Assembly (NCBI GenBank): GCA_965203135.1
Contig: CBDBBO010000001.1
Coordinates: 1,780,983-1,844,982, forward strand
Source: Dehalococcoidia bacterium
Lineage (GTDB): Bacteria > Chloroflexota > Dehalococcoidia > Lucifugimonadales > CATOSD01
Length of the DNA: 64,000 nucleotides
Direction: 5' to 3'
Part shown: one piece after another, positions 20,601 to 28,905 of the stretch
Position numbering within the stretch: position 1 is the stretch's first letter
Layout of the letters: each line of letters begins with the position of its first letter
Program-made: the position numbers and the translations under genes
Notes under the pieces: generated by a model
The model's database searches: none
What the model saw: only the letters and a program-made list of their open reading frames with translations
What the model was told of the DNA's origin: nothing

Positions 20601-21575
20601 ATCGTCTATCGCTTGAGATGCGATGTGTTCAGGGCCATCGATTTCTACCGCGAATGGCTCTACTCCCGGATAGCAGACCAGGAAGTCGATCCGACGGTCA
20701 GCTCCATGCTCCAAGTTGGCGGATTCGAGCAATCTATCAAGTGGGGCTTGAGGCGTGAACCAATGTGCGGCGACCAGACCTAAGTTAGAGGGGACCCAAC
20801 TAGTCAAGAATGCAACCTCAGCGTCACTCTGTAACAGGGAATGCTTTGACTTGATATCGAAGACCCATGGGTCTCTCCGTATCAACTCTCTCCTGAGTTC
20901 ACCGTCAGCGGCCCTCTTGGCCTTCTCCGGCGGAACCTGCCATCCGACTTCAACCTTGCCTTTGGCTAGGTCTGTTGCTTCCTTCATCAGGCCATGACTA
21001 TTCAGGGCGGCGCGTTCGATTTCCAGCGTTGCCAGTGGTGCATGTCCCCGCTGGAGAAGCTTCGCAAGCAATCCCGAGGCAAGCCGGGCATGCTCCGTAG
21101 CTTCCACACGTCGGCGACTCTTGGACGTAAGGAGCAAGGTATGGCTAAGTAGACGCTTGACATCATCCGGTATATCTGCCTGAGTGACCAAAACTCCCGG
21201 GAGAGAGCCTATGGGCGCGTACTCGTAGTTGAATGATCCGCGAGGGGCGCCTTCAGTCCACTCAACCGGCACCGACGTGATCGCTCGTTCCTCGCGACTG
21301 ACCTCTCTCGCATCAAAGGGACTGTTCACGGCCTCCCCAGGCCCGAAGCCCTCTTCGCTGTTGCGCGAACCTGGAATAGCGTATTCCACGCTTGGCTCAT
21401 TGTAATCTACGCCCACATCGCGGGTACCGGTGCAGGACGACGAAGACCAAGTTGAACAGCCCCAAAACCGACTACCGCGATTCCGTCCACGCCTCGCGGT
21501 TCTGAGAATCATGGGCTGTCCGCATTTTGGACACGCTGGAGGAGGAGCGTATGTCATTTGTTGTCCCTCTGACAA
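17628..21575 (-). CDS. RecQ-family helicase fused to a topoisomerase-type C4 zinc ribbon and a DUF559/Vsr-like nuclease domain
   Basis: CPKCGQPM...FWGCS; IDF...VEIDG.EH...D.ERD; LPTGAGKS, DEAHCVSEWGHDFRPAY, ATKAFGMGIDKPN, QEAGRAGRD. Confidence 0.88.
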   Translation of the reverse strand: MSEGQQMTYAPPPACPKCGQPMILRTARRGRNRGSRFWGCSTWSSSSCTGTRDVGVDYNEPSVEYAIPGSRNSEEGFGPGEAVNSPFDAREVSREERAITSVPVEWTEGAPRGSFNYEYAPIGSLPGVLVTQADIPDDVKRLLSHTLLLTSKSRRRVEATEHARLASGLLAKLLQRGHAPLATLEIERAALNSHGLMKEATDLAKGKVEVGWQVPPEKAKRAADGELRRELIRRDPWVFDIKSKHSLLQSDAEVAFLTSWVPSNLGLVAAHWFTPQAPLDRLLESANLEHGADRRIDFLVCYPGVEPFAVEIDGPEHIASQAIDDERDKQLRSMGIDVMRVTNAEVEAGDGPQLNKIKKRFDAADVLPDVGGSKNPMARLAVDCSLASKIQFAIARAIHAGWLVDNEWEINLSGTGEVQRAGVLDALRLLSCFDVLYGGRTVPTRCTVRDDGGAPITWVFADGEWKNDDGPEAKGDRISILVQRGSSAFNEIESDAWDIIIRPAFLPVNLSVQQHFERVRQPISTESFDQAEPALTTLLRTIFRKYEFRQQQGEAVYNTLRHNDTVVLLPTGAGKSIVYQLAGLLMPGITIVVDPIVALIEDQVLGLQAHGIGRAVGIVSSMAGRDERGRLLRQIERGEYQFVLHSPERLQTPEFRGTLQALREISLVNLAVIDEAHCVSEWGHDFRPAYLNLANNLRRFAADSTDNPPPLLALTGTASRAVLRDMLTDLGIDQSDDSALIRPESFDRKELNFDIRRATVAQEAQASLRGVLNGMPGRFGTGSGQFYRPNGRKTASGVVFTRTVNARFTGLIATREEVRKTTGVDPVIYSGRAPRGYDRSSWERDKRENASDFKGNEAPMLVATKAFGMGIDKPNIRYIVHYGMPDSLESFYQEAGRAGRDQQPAHCVVVFTEYDADRSDSLVDPNVDLEELKGRFRAADRDRSIGDDVTSAMWFHLNTFSGSEDEIQLVESVLREFSDLTSSQRYQLAYDGDDDKRRKEHAVVRLLRVGVLRDYEVDFGSARLTVQTEPFNFQQCRQKLLDYVQAAQPHRSNEFREKLDAIVTRGPHSDALALARLLIEFTYDVIERSRRRAIQESVLLARSALSDAEIRTRLMDYLQEGLGAERIGRLLEQQDVQLAEWWELVEAVQTPVDAGELRGLSIRALESAADHPGLLFVRAAAEAMCHDHNDRATADGIEAAVKECARKGIPENDTREMLNKLYDLAQMPVRGVELGVPLAMALCDVGDAGPEFAFCADVTEERLPELQPRIQDDVRLILNVYDVRKGVELLTDVTETVVQRYNHPHVTELLGGYRE

Positions 21576-21720
21576 CTTGACGTGTTTTGGTGATCTAGGG
21601 GTGACTCAGGCTGTCAGGAAACTAACCTGGGATATTCCTAACAGCCTAAGGATAAGCGTCGTGCAATTGGGATGCCATTTGGTGAGCGACGGGGCACCGG
21701 TACCCTCGGCCATAAAGGTC

Positions 21721-21795
<75 letters not shown>

Positions 21796-22155
21796 ACGAA
21801 CAAGGCGCACATCAAGCGTACTCAAGCCCCAATGGGGTGTCAAGGCGTCGCGGCTTGGGGACAGGGCCTTTTCGTTATCCATCGCAAGAGTGCTCGCATG
21901 TATCTTTGCGACACCTCTCGCATGGAACACAGGCTACCCCACGCTCCCTGGCCGGAACCACCCCGAAAATCGTGTCTCAAACCTTCCCAACCGCGTAACC
22001 CAAACGCCACACCCATTCTCATCGGTGCGCAATCCCTTCCCATCTGTGTCACAAAAATTCCCACTCTCAGGCCCATTCCCACGATCTTATGTCAAGTAGC
22101 CCCGCCTCGCGCCAACAAAATCGGCGGACTCACACAATTGTCCCTGACCACCCCC

Positions 22156-22392
22156 TTGATTCTACAGTACTTATGTGCTAGTATCCATCACATAGGCGCT
22201 GCTGCCGCCGGTTGTGGAGTATGAGCGAGCTTCAAACTCGCTCACCCCCGGCCCGGCGCCACCGTCCCGTTCTGCGACATTTCGCGCAATGCCCGTGACG
22301 AACCTTAACAACTTGGCTCACAGAAAGTGACAAGAACATCGGGCCGCCCAGCTACGGAATGTGCAGAATGTAGCAGAATTGAGCAGATTTTT
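22156..22392 (+). repeat. Dispersed promoter/operator + CCAGCTACG module, copy 2
   Basis: TTGATT-N17-TAGTAT with AGTAC-TTAT-GTGCT box; CCAGCTACG at 22348 followed by GAAT-type repeats. Confidence 0.7.
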
Positions 22393-22507
22393 CGGAGAGC
22401 CCGCCCAAAGCCCCTCAAGCGGGAGGGGGAAAGAGCCTGGCCTACCGCCCCGACAACCCATACCCGCTACCCCCCAGGCCCTTTAACAACTCAATCGGCG
22501 ATAACCC

Positions 22508-23317
22508 TCATCCGGCGGGTTCGGCCGTGGGCACGTACCGCGCCACCGTATCCCAGCCCTGGCCCAGCAGCGCCCGAATGTTGGCGCTGGTCGCCTCCTC
22601 CACCTCCGCCGGTTCGCGGCCCTGGAGCGCGGCGAGCTTGTCGGCGATCACCCGCAGGTGCCGCGGCTCGGTCCAGTTCTCCCGCTTCGCCTTGAACGGC
22701 TGGGGCGCCGCGTCCGTCTCCAGTACGATGTTGTCCAGCGACAGGTTGGCCGCCGCCCGCTGCAGGTGAGGCAACCGAAGCAACGGCCTCGCGAGCGACA
22801 CGTAGAAGCCCAGCTCGATCGCCTTGCCGGCCGTCGTCTCGTCATCCTGGAAGTAGTGCATCACCCCGCCCACCTCGTAGGCCCGCTCCTCCCTCAGCAC
22901 CCGGAACACCTCATCGTGCGCCTCGCGGCTGTGGAACACCACCGGAAGCCGGAGCTCGCGCGCCAGCCTTATCTGCTCGCGAAACGCCTGGTACTGGATA
23001 GCCCTGTCCGGCGCGCCCTCCATGAAGTCGAGGCCGATCTCGCTTATCACCACCACCTTGTTGGTCGAAAGCGCCATCGTGCGCAGCCGCTCGTAGGTGT
23101 CCTCGTCCACCGGCCCCGTCACGTTCATGGGGTGTATCCCTACACCGGAGAAGAAATCGTCAAAGCTCTTCGAAAGCTCGATAGACCGCTGGGAAGTCTC
23201 CAACGTAGTGCCGGCCGAGACGACAAACCCGACGCCCACGTTCCTCCCCCGCTCCAGTATCTCGCTAACCTCCCCGTCGGAGTAGGAGTCGAGATGGGCG
23301 TGGCAGTCTATGAGCAT
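22508..23317 (-). CDS. tatD: TatD-family hydrolase
   Basis: IDCHAHL, GIHP, EIGLDF, HSREA, LETDA. Confidence 0.9.
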   Translation of the reverse strand: MLIDCHAHLDSYSDGEVSEILERGRNVGVGFVVSAGTTLETSQRSIELSKSFDDFFSGVGIHPMNVTGPVDEDTYERLRTMALSTNKVVVISEIGLDFMEGAPDRAIQYQAFREQIRLARELRLPVVFHSREAHDEVFRVLREERAYEVGGVMHYFQDDETTAGKAIELGFYVSLARPLLRLPHLQRAAANLSLDNIVLETDAAPQPFKAKRENWTEPRHLRVIADKLAALQGREPAEVEEATSANIRALLGQGWDTVARYVPTAEPAG

Positions 23318-23500
23318 AGCGAGTTTCCTTCCCTTCCTCACACGTAGGTTCCCCGTTGGGCAGGAATGACGGTACAGTTCCGGTTCGAAGGACAACGCCC
23401 CGCTGCTGGCGGCGGCGGGTCTAACTGAATTATACTACAGAGCCGTGTGCTGGCCTCTAAACTGGCGGACTGCGTGTATTGATCTTATGGTTCACCCTGT

Positions 23501-24544
23501 ATGAAGAGCGCGCTGAAAGGCTTCGGCACCTCGGCGCTGGGAATCGCGGCCAGCCTGGTTCTGGGCTGGCTGGTCATACGCGGCCTGGAATGGGGGGACG
23601 TCGTCGACTCGTTCCAGGGCGTGTCAGTGCCCCTGGTCGCGCTTGCGTTCGTCGTGTTTCTCCTGGCCAGCGTTCTGAGGGCGATCCGATGGCAGATGCT
23701 CTTCACCGAAAAACGCGTCTCGACGATGCGACTGTTCATCGTCCAGAACGAGGGCATCGGTCTGAACAACCTGGTCCCGGTGCGCATCGCCAGCGAACTG
23801 GCGCAACTGACGGTGCTCTCGTTGCGAGACGGCGTCCGAGTCTCCACGGCTGTGGCCACGCTCGGCATGGAGCGCGTGCTCGACCTGGTGGCAAGCGCCA
23901 GCATCCTGGCCGTCGCCTTCTTCGGCCTGGCCTTCTTTTTCGGGGGACCGGAAATGGAAGTGTTCACGCCCGTCGTCGTCGGCCTGCTTGTAATCTCGGT
24001 GGCGGCGGTAATGGTGGTGCCCGTGCTGGCCTGGGGCGGCAGCGGCGCGGCGGTCGTCCTCAAGCGGCTGCCCTTCCTGGCAGACATGCTCAAGAGCCTG
24101 TCGCAGGCTCTCAAGGACTTGGGGAGAAGTCCCGGGCGGTTGGCGTCCGCATCGGCCCTTACCCTTTTGTACTGGATACTGGTGGGGATTACGGGCTGGC
24201 TGGTGGCCCAGGCAGTGGACGTGCAGATTTCGCCCATCGTCGCGACGCTCGTCATACTCGGCTCCATCTTCTTCGCCACCAGCGTGCCTGGAGCGCCCAG
24301 CGCCATAGGCACCTTCGAGTTCGCCGTCGTCGGCGTCCTGCGCGTTCTGGGCCTGGTGAATGAAGACAACGAGGCCGCCGCGTTCGGGTTCGCAGTGATA
24401 ACCCACGCGGTGTTCTTCCTGCCCTCCACTGTGATCGCGGCGGTGTTCCTGCCCCGGGAGGGTCTCGGCTCCATCCGGACCGTGCGCCGAACGCTCTTCA
24501 AGAGCGCGGAGAGCGCTAGGGCCGGTAATGAGACCCACGCCTAG
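23501..24544 (+). CDS. Lysylphosphatidylglycerol synthase TM / flippase-like (UPF0104) protein
   Basis: RAIRW, NNLVPVR, ERVLD, PSAIGTFE. Confidence 0.88.
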   Translation: MKSALKGFGTSALGIAASLVLGWLVIRGLEWGDVVDSFQGVSVPLVALAFVVFLLASVLRAIRWQMLFTEKRVSTMRLFIVQNEGIGLNNLVPVRIASELAQLTVLSLRDGVRVSTAVATLGMERVLDLVASASILAVAFFGLAFFFGGPEMEVFTPVVVGLLVISVAAVMVVPVLAWGGSGAAVVLKRLPFLADMLKSLSQALKDLGRSPGRLASASALTLLYWILVGITGWLVAQAVDVQISPIVATLVILGSIFFATSVPGAPSAIGTFEFAVVGVLRVLGLVNEDNEAAAFGFAVITHAVFFLPSTVIAAVFLPREGLGSIRTVRRTLFKSAESARAGNETHA

Positions 24545-26336
24545 CCTTGCCCGCCGCGTCTGGCCGCTTGCCGCTCTTGCGCTGGTCTGGCTGATCGCCG
24601 CCGCTTGTTTGGGCGATCGGGAAGTCACGCCGACCGCCGCCGCGCCCACACCGGTTCCCACCGCGACGTCTCCGCCTCCCACTGTGGCCGTCGTCTCCGC
24701 GCCCACGCATACACCTACCACGCGCCAGGACGAAGGGCCGTCGCCGGCCGCGGCCACCGCCACCGCTACGCCGCCCCCGCCCCTCATGGTGACGGCCACG
24801 TCGCGCCCACCGACGGCCGCGCCCGTGCCCACGCCGGTTCCGCAAGCGAAGGGAGGCCTGCTTAACCTCGCCGTGCGGCACGCCGCGCCCCACCTGGACG
24901 TGCACCAGGAGGTCTCGCCCGCCCTCTCCACCTGGGGGCCGGGCATCGTCTACAGCCGTCTGCTGAGACTGGAGGCAGGGCCCGATGTGGAGCTGCCAAC
25001 GCTCGCAGTCGAATGCGAGCTGTGCGAGTCCTGGCGCATGGAAGACCCCACCACGCTGGTGTTTACCATGCGGCAAGACGTGCGCTGGCAGGAAGCGGCG
25101 CCGGTGAACGGAAGGCTTCTCACGGCCGAAGACGTGGTGTTCAGCTACGACCGCCAGCGCCAGCCGGGCTGGCCCAACGCCGGTCTTCTGGCGATGATTG
25201 ACAGCGTCGAAGCGCCCGCACCGGACGAACTCAGGGTCTCGCTCGCCTACGCCGACGCCGACTTCCTGGTCGGGCTGGCGGACGGGCACACCAAGGTCGT
25301 GGCGCCGGAGGCGGTGGAGGTCGGCGCAGACCTCAAGGCGGGACCCGCCGTTGGCTCCGGACCGTGGCTTCTCACCGGGAGCGGACTGGCGGAGGGCTAC
25401 GTCTTCGAGCGCAACCAGCTCTACTTCGAGACCGGCCTGCCGCTGCTGGACGGCATGAGGATGCACGTGATCGAGGACGGGGCTACTCGCAACGCCGCCT
25501 TCGGCGTGGGCCGCATCGACGTTCACCAGGTGGATCCGGCCGACTGGCCGACTCTGCGCGACAGGCAGCCGGACGCGACCCTGCTGCGCAGCGTGGACTC
25601 CGGTACGGGCCTTGAGGTCGCGCTGAACACGAGCGCGGCGCCGTTCGACGATCCCCGCGCTCGGGCCGCCGCCTTTCTGGCCATGGACCCGTGGCGCGCC
25701 GCAGAAGAGGTGTGGCTCGGCGCCGCGTTCGTGTCGCTCGGGGTACCACTGGCGCGTCCGGACTGGCTGCTCGAGGACGACGTGATGCGCCCGTTCTTCG
25801 CGGACCCGGACGCGGCTCGCGAAAGGTTCGCGCCGCTGCCCGGTGACGCGCCCAGGACGGCCCGGCTGACCTTGGGCGACTTCGGCGAGCGCTACGACAG
25901 CCACGCCCGGCTGGTAGCCGCCGAGCTGGAGGCCGTCGGGTTCGAGGTATCCTTGGAAGAGGTGAATCGCAGGGTGTTCGCCGAGCGGGTGTGGCTGGGC
26001 GGCGACTACCAGATGTTCGTGGGCCCGATCGCCCCGATGGTGACGCCCAACGCATACCTGCTGACGCTGCTGCACAGCCAGGGCCGCTGGAACACCACCG
26101 GACACCGCGACGACACGCTCGACGCTCTCATCGAGGCACAGGCGCAGACGTTCGACGAAGCGGAGCGCCGGGACCTCGTGCGAGACATACAGGTGAGGGC
26201 GCTGCAGGGGGCCTACCGCTACATGCCGGCGGCGGGCGTCTCGCTGTGGACCTGGTCGCCCAGGGTGCGCGGCTTCCATCCGAATTTCGCCGCGTCGGAG
26301 TACGCCCACTGGCGCCTGGTGTGGCTGGAGGGCTAG
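24528..26336 (+). CDS. ABC transporter substrate-binding lipoprotein, family 5
   Basis: Lipobox AAAC, P/T linker, VNGRLLTAEDVVFSY, GSGPW, PFDDPRAR. Confidence 0.9.
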   Translation: MRPTPSLARRVWPLAALALVWLIAAACLGDREVTPTAAAPTPVPTATSPPPTVAVVSAPTHTPTTRQDEGPSPAAATATATPPPPLMVTATSRPPTAAPVPTPVPQAKGGLLNLAVRHAAPHLDVHQEVSPALSTWGPGIVYSRLLRLEAGPDVELPTLAVECELCESWRMEDPTTLVFTMRQDVRWQEAAPVNGRLLTAEDVVFSYDRQRQPGWPNAGLLAMIDSVEAPAPDELRVSLAYADADFLVGLADGHTKVVAPEAVEVGADLKAGPAVGSGPWLLTGSGLAEGYVFERNQLYFETGLPLLDGMRMHVIEDGATRNAAFGVGRIDVHQVDPADWPTLRDRQPDATLLRSVDSGTGLEVALNTSAAPFDDPRARAAAFLAMDPWRAAEEVWLGAAFVSLGVPLARPDWLLEDDVMRPFFADPDAARERFAPLPGDAPRTARLTLGDFGERYDSHARLVAAELEAVGFEVSLEEVNRRVFAERVWLGGDYQMFVGPIAPMVTPNAYLLTLLHSQGRWNTTGHRDDTLDALIEAQAQTFDEAERRDLVRDIQVRALQGAYRYMPAAGVSLWTWSPRVRGFHPNFAASEYAHWRLVWLEG

Positions 26337-26355
26337 CGCCGGGAAGAGATCGGCG

Positions 26356-26820
26356 CTAGCCGGACTCCTCCTCCATGGCCGCGTACTTGGACGGGCACTT
26401 GACGATCACCCGCTCGCTCACGAAAGGCTCTCCGGGCACGTGCGCGCCCTCCAGTATGATCTCGGAGTGCTCGTTGAAGAACAGGTCGGGCAGAATCCCG
26501 TCGTGGATCGCGGCCAGCGTCGCCGTTCCGTCGGTGAGGGCAAAGTTGGCGACCGTGGAGCCGTCCGCCCGGTGGAAAGACTCGGGGACGAGCTTGCCGC
26601 CGACCCGCACCGTCCTGCCCTCGGGAGTGGCCTGCTGGTCGCTCATCTCGCTCACGGTGTAGAAGTAGACCGTGGCGCTCTGGAAGGCCATGAAGGCGAA
26701 ATAGCCCAGCGCCGCCGCCAGCACCGCCAACCCAACCAGCAGCCTCCACCGGCCGGCGAAACCCTCGGCGGGCGCGCTTACGCTCTGTGCGTTCACTGCC
26801 GGATTAAGCTCCTGGCTCAC
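26356..26820 (-). CDS. ccmE: Cytochrome c maturation heme chaperone CcmE (CxxxY variant)
   Basis: N-terminal TM, VRVGG, GILPDLF, KCPSKY. Confidence 0.9.
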   Translation of the reverse strand: MSQELNPAVNAQSVSAPAEGFAGRWRLLVGLAVLAAALGYFAFMAFQSATVYFYTVSEMSDQQATPEGRTVRVGGKLVPESFHRADGSTVANFALTDGTATLAAIHDGILPDLFFNEHSEIILEGAHVPGEPFVSERVIVKCPSKYAAMEEESG

Positions 26821-27169
26821 TTCGGCTCCTCGTTTCCATCCCGCCGCCTCGCGAATCTCTCTCCGAGATGGCGCGCTTCAGTTCGTCTATCTCCCGCTGC
26901 ATCTCACGCTGGCGCCTCGACATGTAGAACACGTACCCAAAGAAGGCCAGCCAGGTGATGATGAACACGGCGAACAGGTACGGCAGGTTAGCTTCCGGCT
27001 CCGCGCCGGTCTCCTGGGCGGCATGGGCCGCGGGAGCCGGGAGCGGCTCCGTATCGAACGCGCGGGCTGGCGCGCCGGGCGTCAGCAGCGCCACGAGCAG
27101 CGCCGCCGCGAGCAGCGCGAGCCCCAAGCGCCGGCTAAGCGGCGCGCCTGTGTAGCTCGTCAAGGTCAT
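26804..27169 (-). CDS. ccmD: CcmD-family protein
   Basis: YLFAVFIITW...Y...RQREM TM plus coil; lies between ccmC and ccmE. Confidence 0.75.
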   Translation of the reverse strand: MTLTSYTGAPLSRRLGLALLAAALLVALLTPGAPARAFDTEPLPAPAAHAAQETGAEPEANLPYLFAVFIITWLAFFGYVFYMSRRQREMQREIDELKRAISERDSRGGGMETRSRSEPGA

Positions 27170-27857
27170 TAGCCGACTGCTTCAGCGAGTACCTCTCTAT
27201 CAGCAGGAAAACGTACAACACCGTGAACGCGACCAGCGAAACCAGGAAGGTCAGCGCCATCCTGGAGTCCAGGCCGCCGGACTCTGCCAGCGGTCCGATG
27301 TTCAGTTCGGGGTGGGCCGTTCGCCACCACAGCGTGGCGAAGTAGATGATTGGCGCGTCGATGGCGCCTATCAGCGCCACTACGGACGCGAACCGCTGGC
27401 CCTGCGATCCGGCGGGCGCATAGGCCTTGACCATGAGATAGCCGACGTAGATGAACCAGAGTATGAGCGTGGTGGTGAGCTTGGCGTCCCAGGTCCACCA
27501 CACGCCCCAGACGGGCTTCGCCCAGATGCTCCCGGTGACGATGATGAGCGTGGCGGCGATAAGCCCCACCTCGGCGGTGGAGTGGGCCAGGCTATCCCAG
27601 CGCTCGCGCCCCGTGAGCAAGTGCATCACGCTGGCGAACGCCACAATGACAATGGAGACCATGCCCAGCCAGCCCAGCGGCACGTGGAAGTAGAAGATGC
27701 GCTGGGACACGCCCAGGTTCTGCTCGGTCGGCACCCACATGAAGATCATGTACAGGCTGAGCGCCATGAGCAGCGCGCTCAACACCAACTGTCCGTCGCG
27801 CGCGGGGGACCATGTGCGGGTGCGCTTGCCCGGTGCGGTTGCGGTCAACTCGGCCAT
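27135..27857 (-). CDS. ccmC: Heme exporter protein C
   Basis: IFYFHVP, tryptophan-rich WAKPVWGVWWTWD, WWRTAHP. Confidence 0.92.
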   Translation of the reverse strand: MAELTATAPGKRTRTWSPARDGQLVLSALLMALSLYMIFMWVPTEQNLGVSQRIFYFHVPLGWLGMVSIVIVAFASVMHLLTGRERWDSLAHSTAEVGLIAATLIIVTGSIWAKPVWGVWWTWDAKLTTTLILWFIYVGYLMVKAYAPAGSQGQRFASVVALIGAIDAPIIYFATLWWRTAHPELNIGPLAESGGLDSRMALTFLVSLVAFTVLYVFLLIERYSLKQSANDLDELHRRAA

Positions 27858-28282
27858 GTGTGCAATGTATCACAAAGTCGGTGTTCCTGCCAGCAGCCGC
27901 CGGCGCGAGGAGCCTGTATCAGCTTGGCCGGTGCGCGGCCCTTCAACTCGACGCCGGCAGAGCTTCGTCACGCCCGAGAAAGCGGGAGTCCAGAGGTTCG
28001 AGCGCGAGAACGGCCTCGACTCGGATGGTATACCGATTGAGTTGTTAAAGGCTCGCAGCTAGCAAGTACGGGTTGGCGACGCGGAAGGGCCGGGACTGGC
28101 TCGCGCGGTGGCCACGAGGACAGACCGCGCAGCACCTCTCGACCTGCTGCCGCGTGATTGGGCCAGGGACGCCGTCGGCAAGGTGATGCGGAACCGGGAC
28201 CGGAACTCCGCGCCGGCCTTGCGGCGTGCGCGGTACGGGTCGAGGACGGCTTTTCGCTCGCTCACCCACATTCCAGCTTCAT

Positions 28283-28348
28283 CCTCACCCTGGCGCTCTC
28301 CCCTCGAAGGGGAAGGGACCAGCGGGCAGGTTTGAAACCTGCCCCTAC
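28283..28348. repeat. REP-like composite repeat
   Basis: CTCCCCTCGAAGGGGAAGGGAC hairpin plus GGGCAGGTTTGAAACCTGCCCCTAC palindrome. Confidence 0.75.
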
Positions 28349-28448
28349 AGTTGCGAGGGGGCAAGGGATGGACGGGTGACGGGCTACCAAGCGGAGTAGC
28401 ATCCGGGCAGTGGCAGTGGCCAAACTGCCGGGTGGGACAATTCAGCTA

Positions 28449-28665
28449 GAAAAAACTGTCCCGTTTCGTTTCTTTTGTTCTTTCTCCTCAGATTTCGTAG
28501 CTGGGCAGTCTGCGTTTCAGGTTACGGATGGTACGGATCAGGGTCGGACGGGAACTTATCTGACAGATTGTTGTCTTGGCTGTTACGTTGGTGGCTGGTG
28601 ACCAGTGGTCGGTGGCCGGTTGTTTGTGATGAAGGAAGCGTAGCACGGATGTGCTGGGATGTCAA
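28449..28665 (-). repeat. Dispersed promoter/operator + CCAGCTACG module, copy 3 (inside the MITE)
   Basis: TTGACA-N17-TACGCT with perfect AGCAC-N4-GTGCT box (28642-28655); CCAGCTACG at 28504-28496, then A-rich repeats. Confidence 0.7.
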
Positions 28666-28905
28666 TGGCCCTGCCGCCCTGGATTCCCGTTCCCCGTTTT
28701 CGCGGGGACAAGCTTTGCGGGAGTGACGAACGTAGGGGTGATTCCTTGTGTTGGCGGTGCTGGTCATCATGCCCAGGGCACCGCCAAGGGACGCCTCTCC
28801 TTGTGGGGCACCGACTAAGCTGATACAGACTCCGGCGCGAGAAGCGCCTACGTCTCGCGGTCCAACTCGTTTCGCTTTGGCAACAGTTGCGGCTAAAATG
28901 TCAGT

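Larger units (their letters stand above)
27910..28832. mobile_element. Non-autonomous MITE-like element (923 bp)
   Basis: 25-bp TIRs GAG(C/T)CTGTATCAGCTT(G/A)G(C/T)CGGTGC (22/25 match) and perfect 9-bp direct repeat CGGCGCGAG at 27901-27909 and 28833-28841; no transposase ORF. Confidence 0.8.

Noticed and set aside
13560-21720. Defined integrative element at the tRNA
   Set aside because: No integrase and no duplicated tRNA 3' end found by eye; only composition suggests acquisition
28045-28379. Short ORFs inside the MITE as a transposase
   Set aside because: No DDE or HUH motifs; too short and partly made of REP sequence
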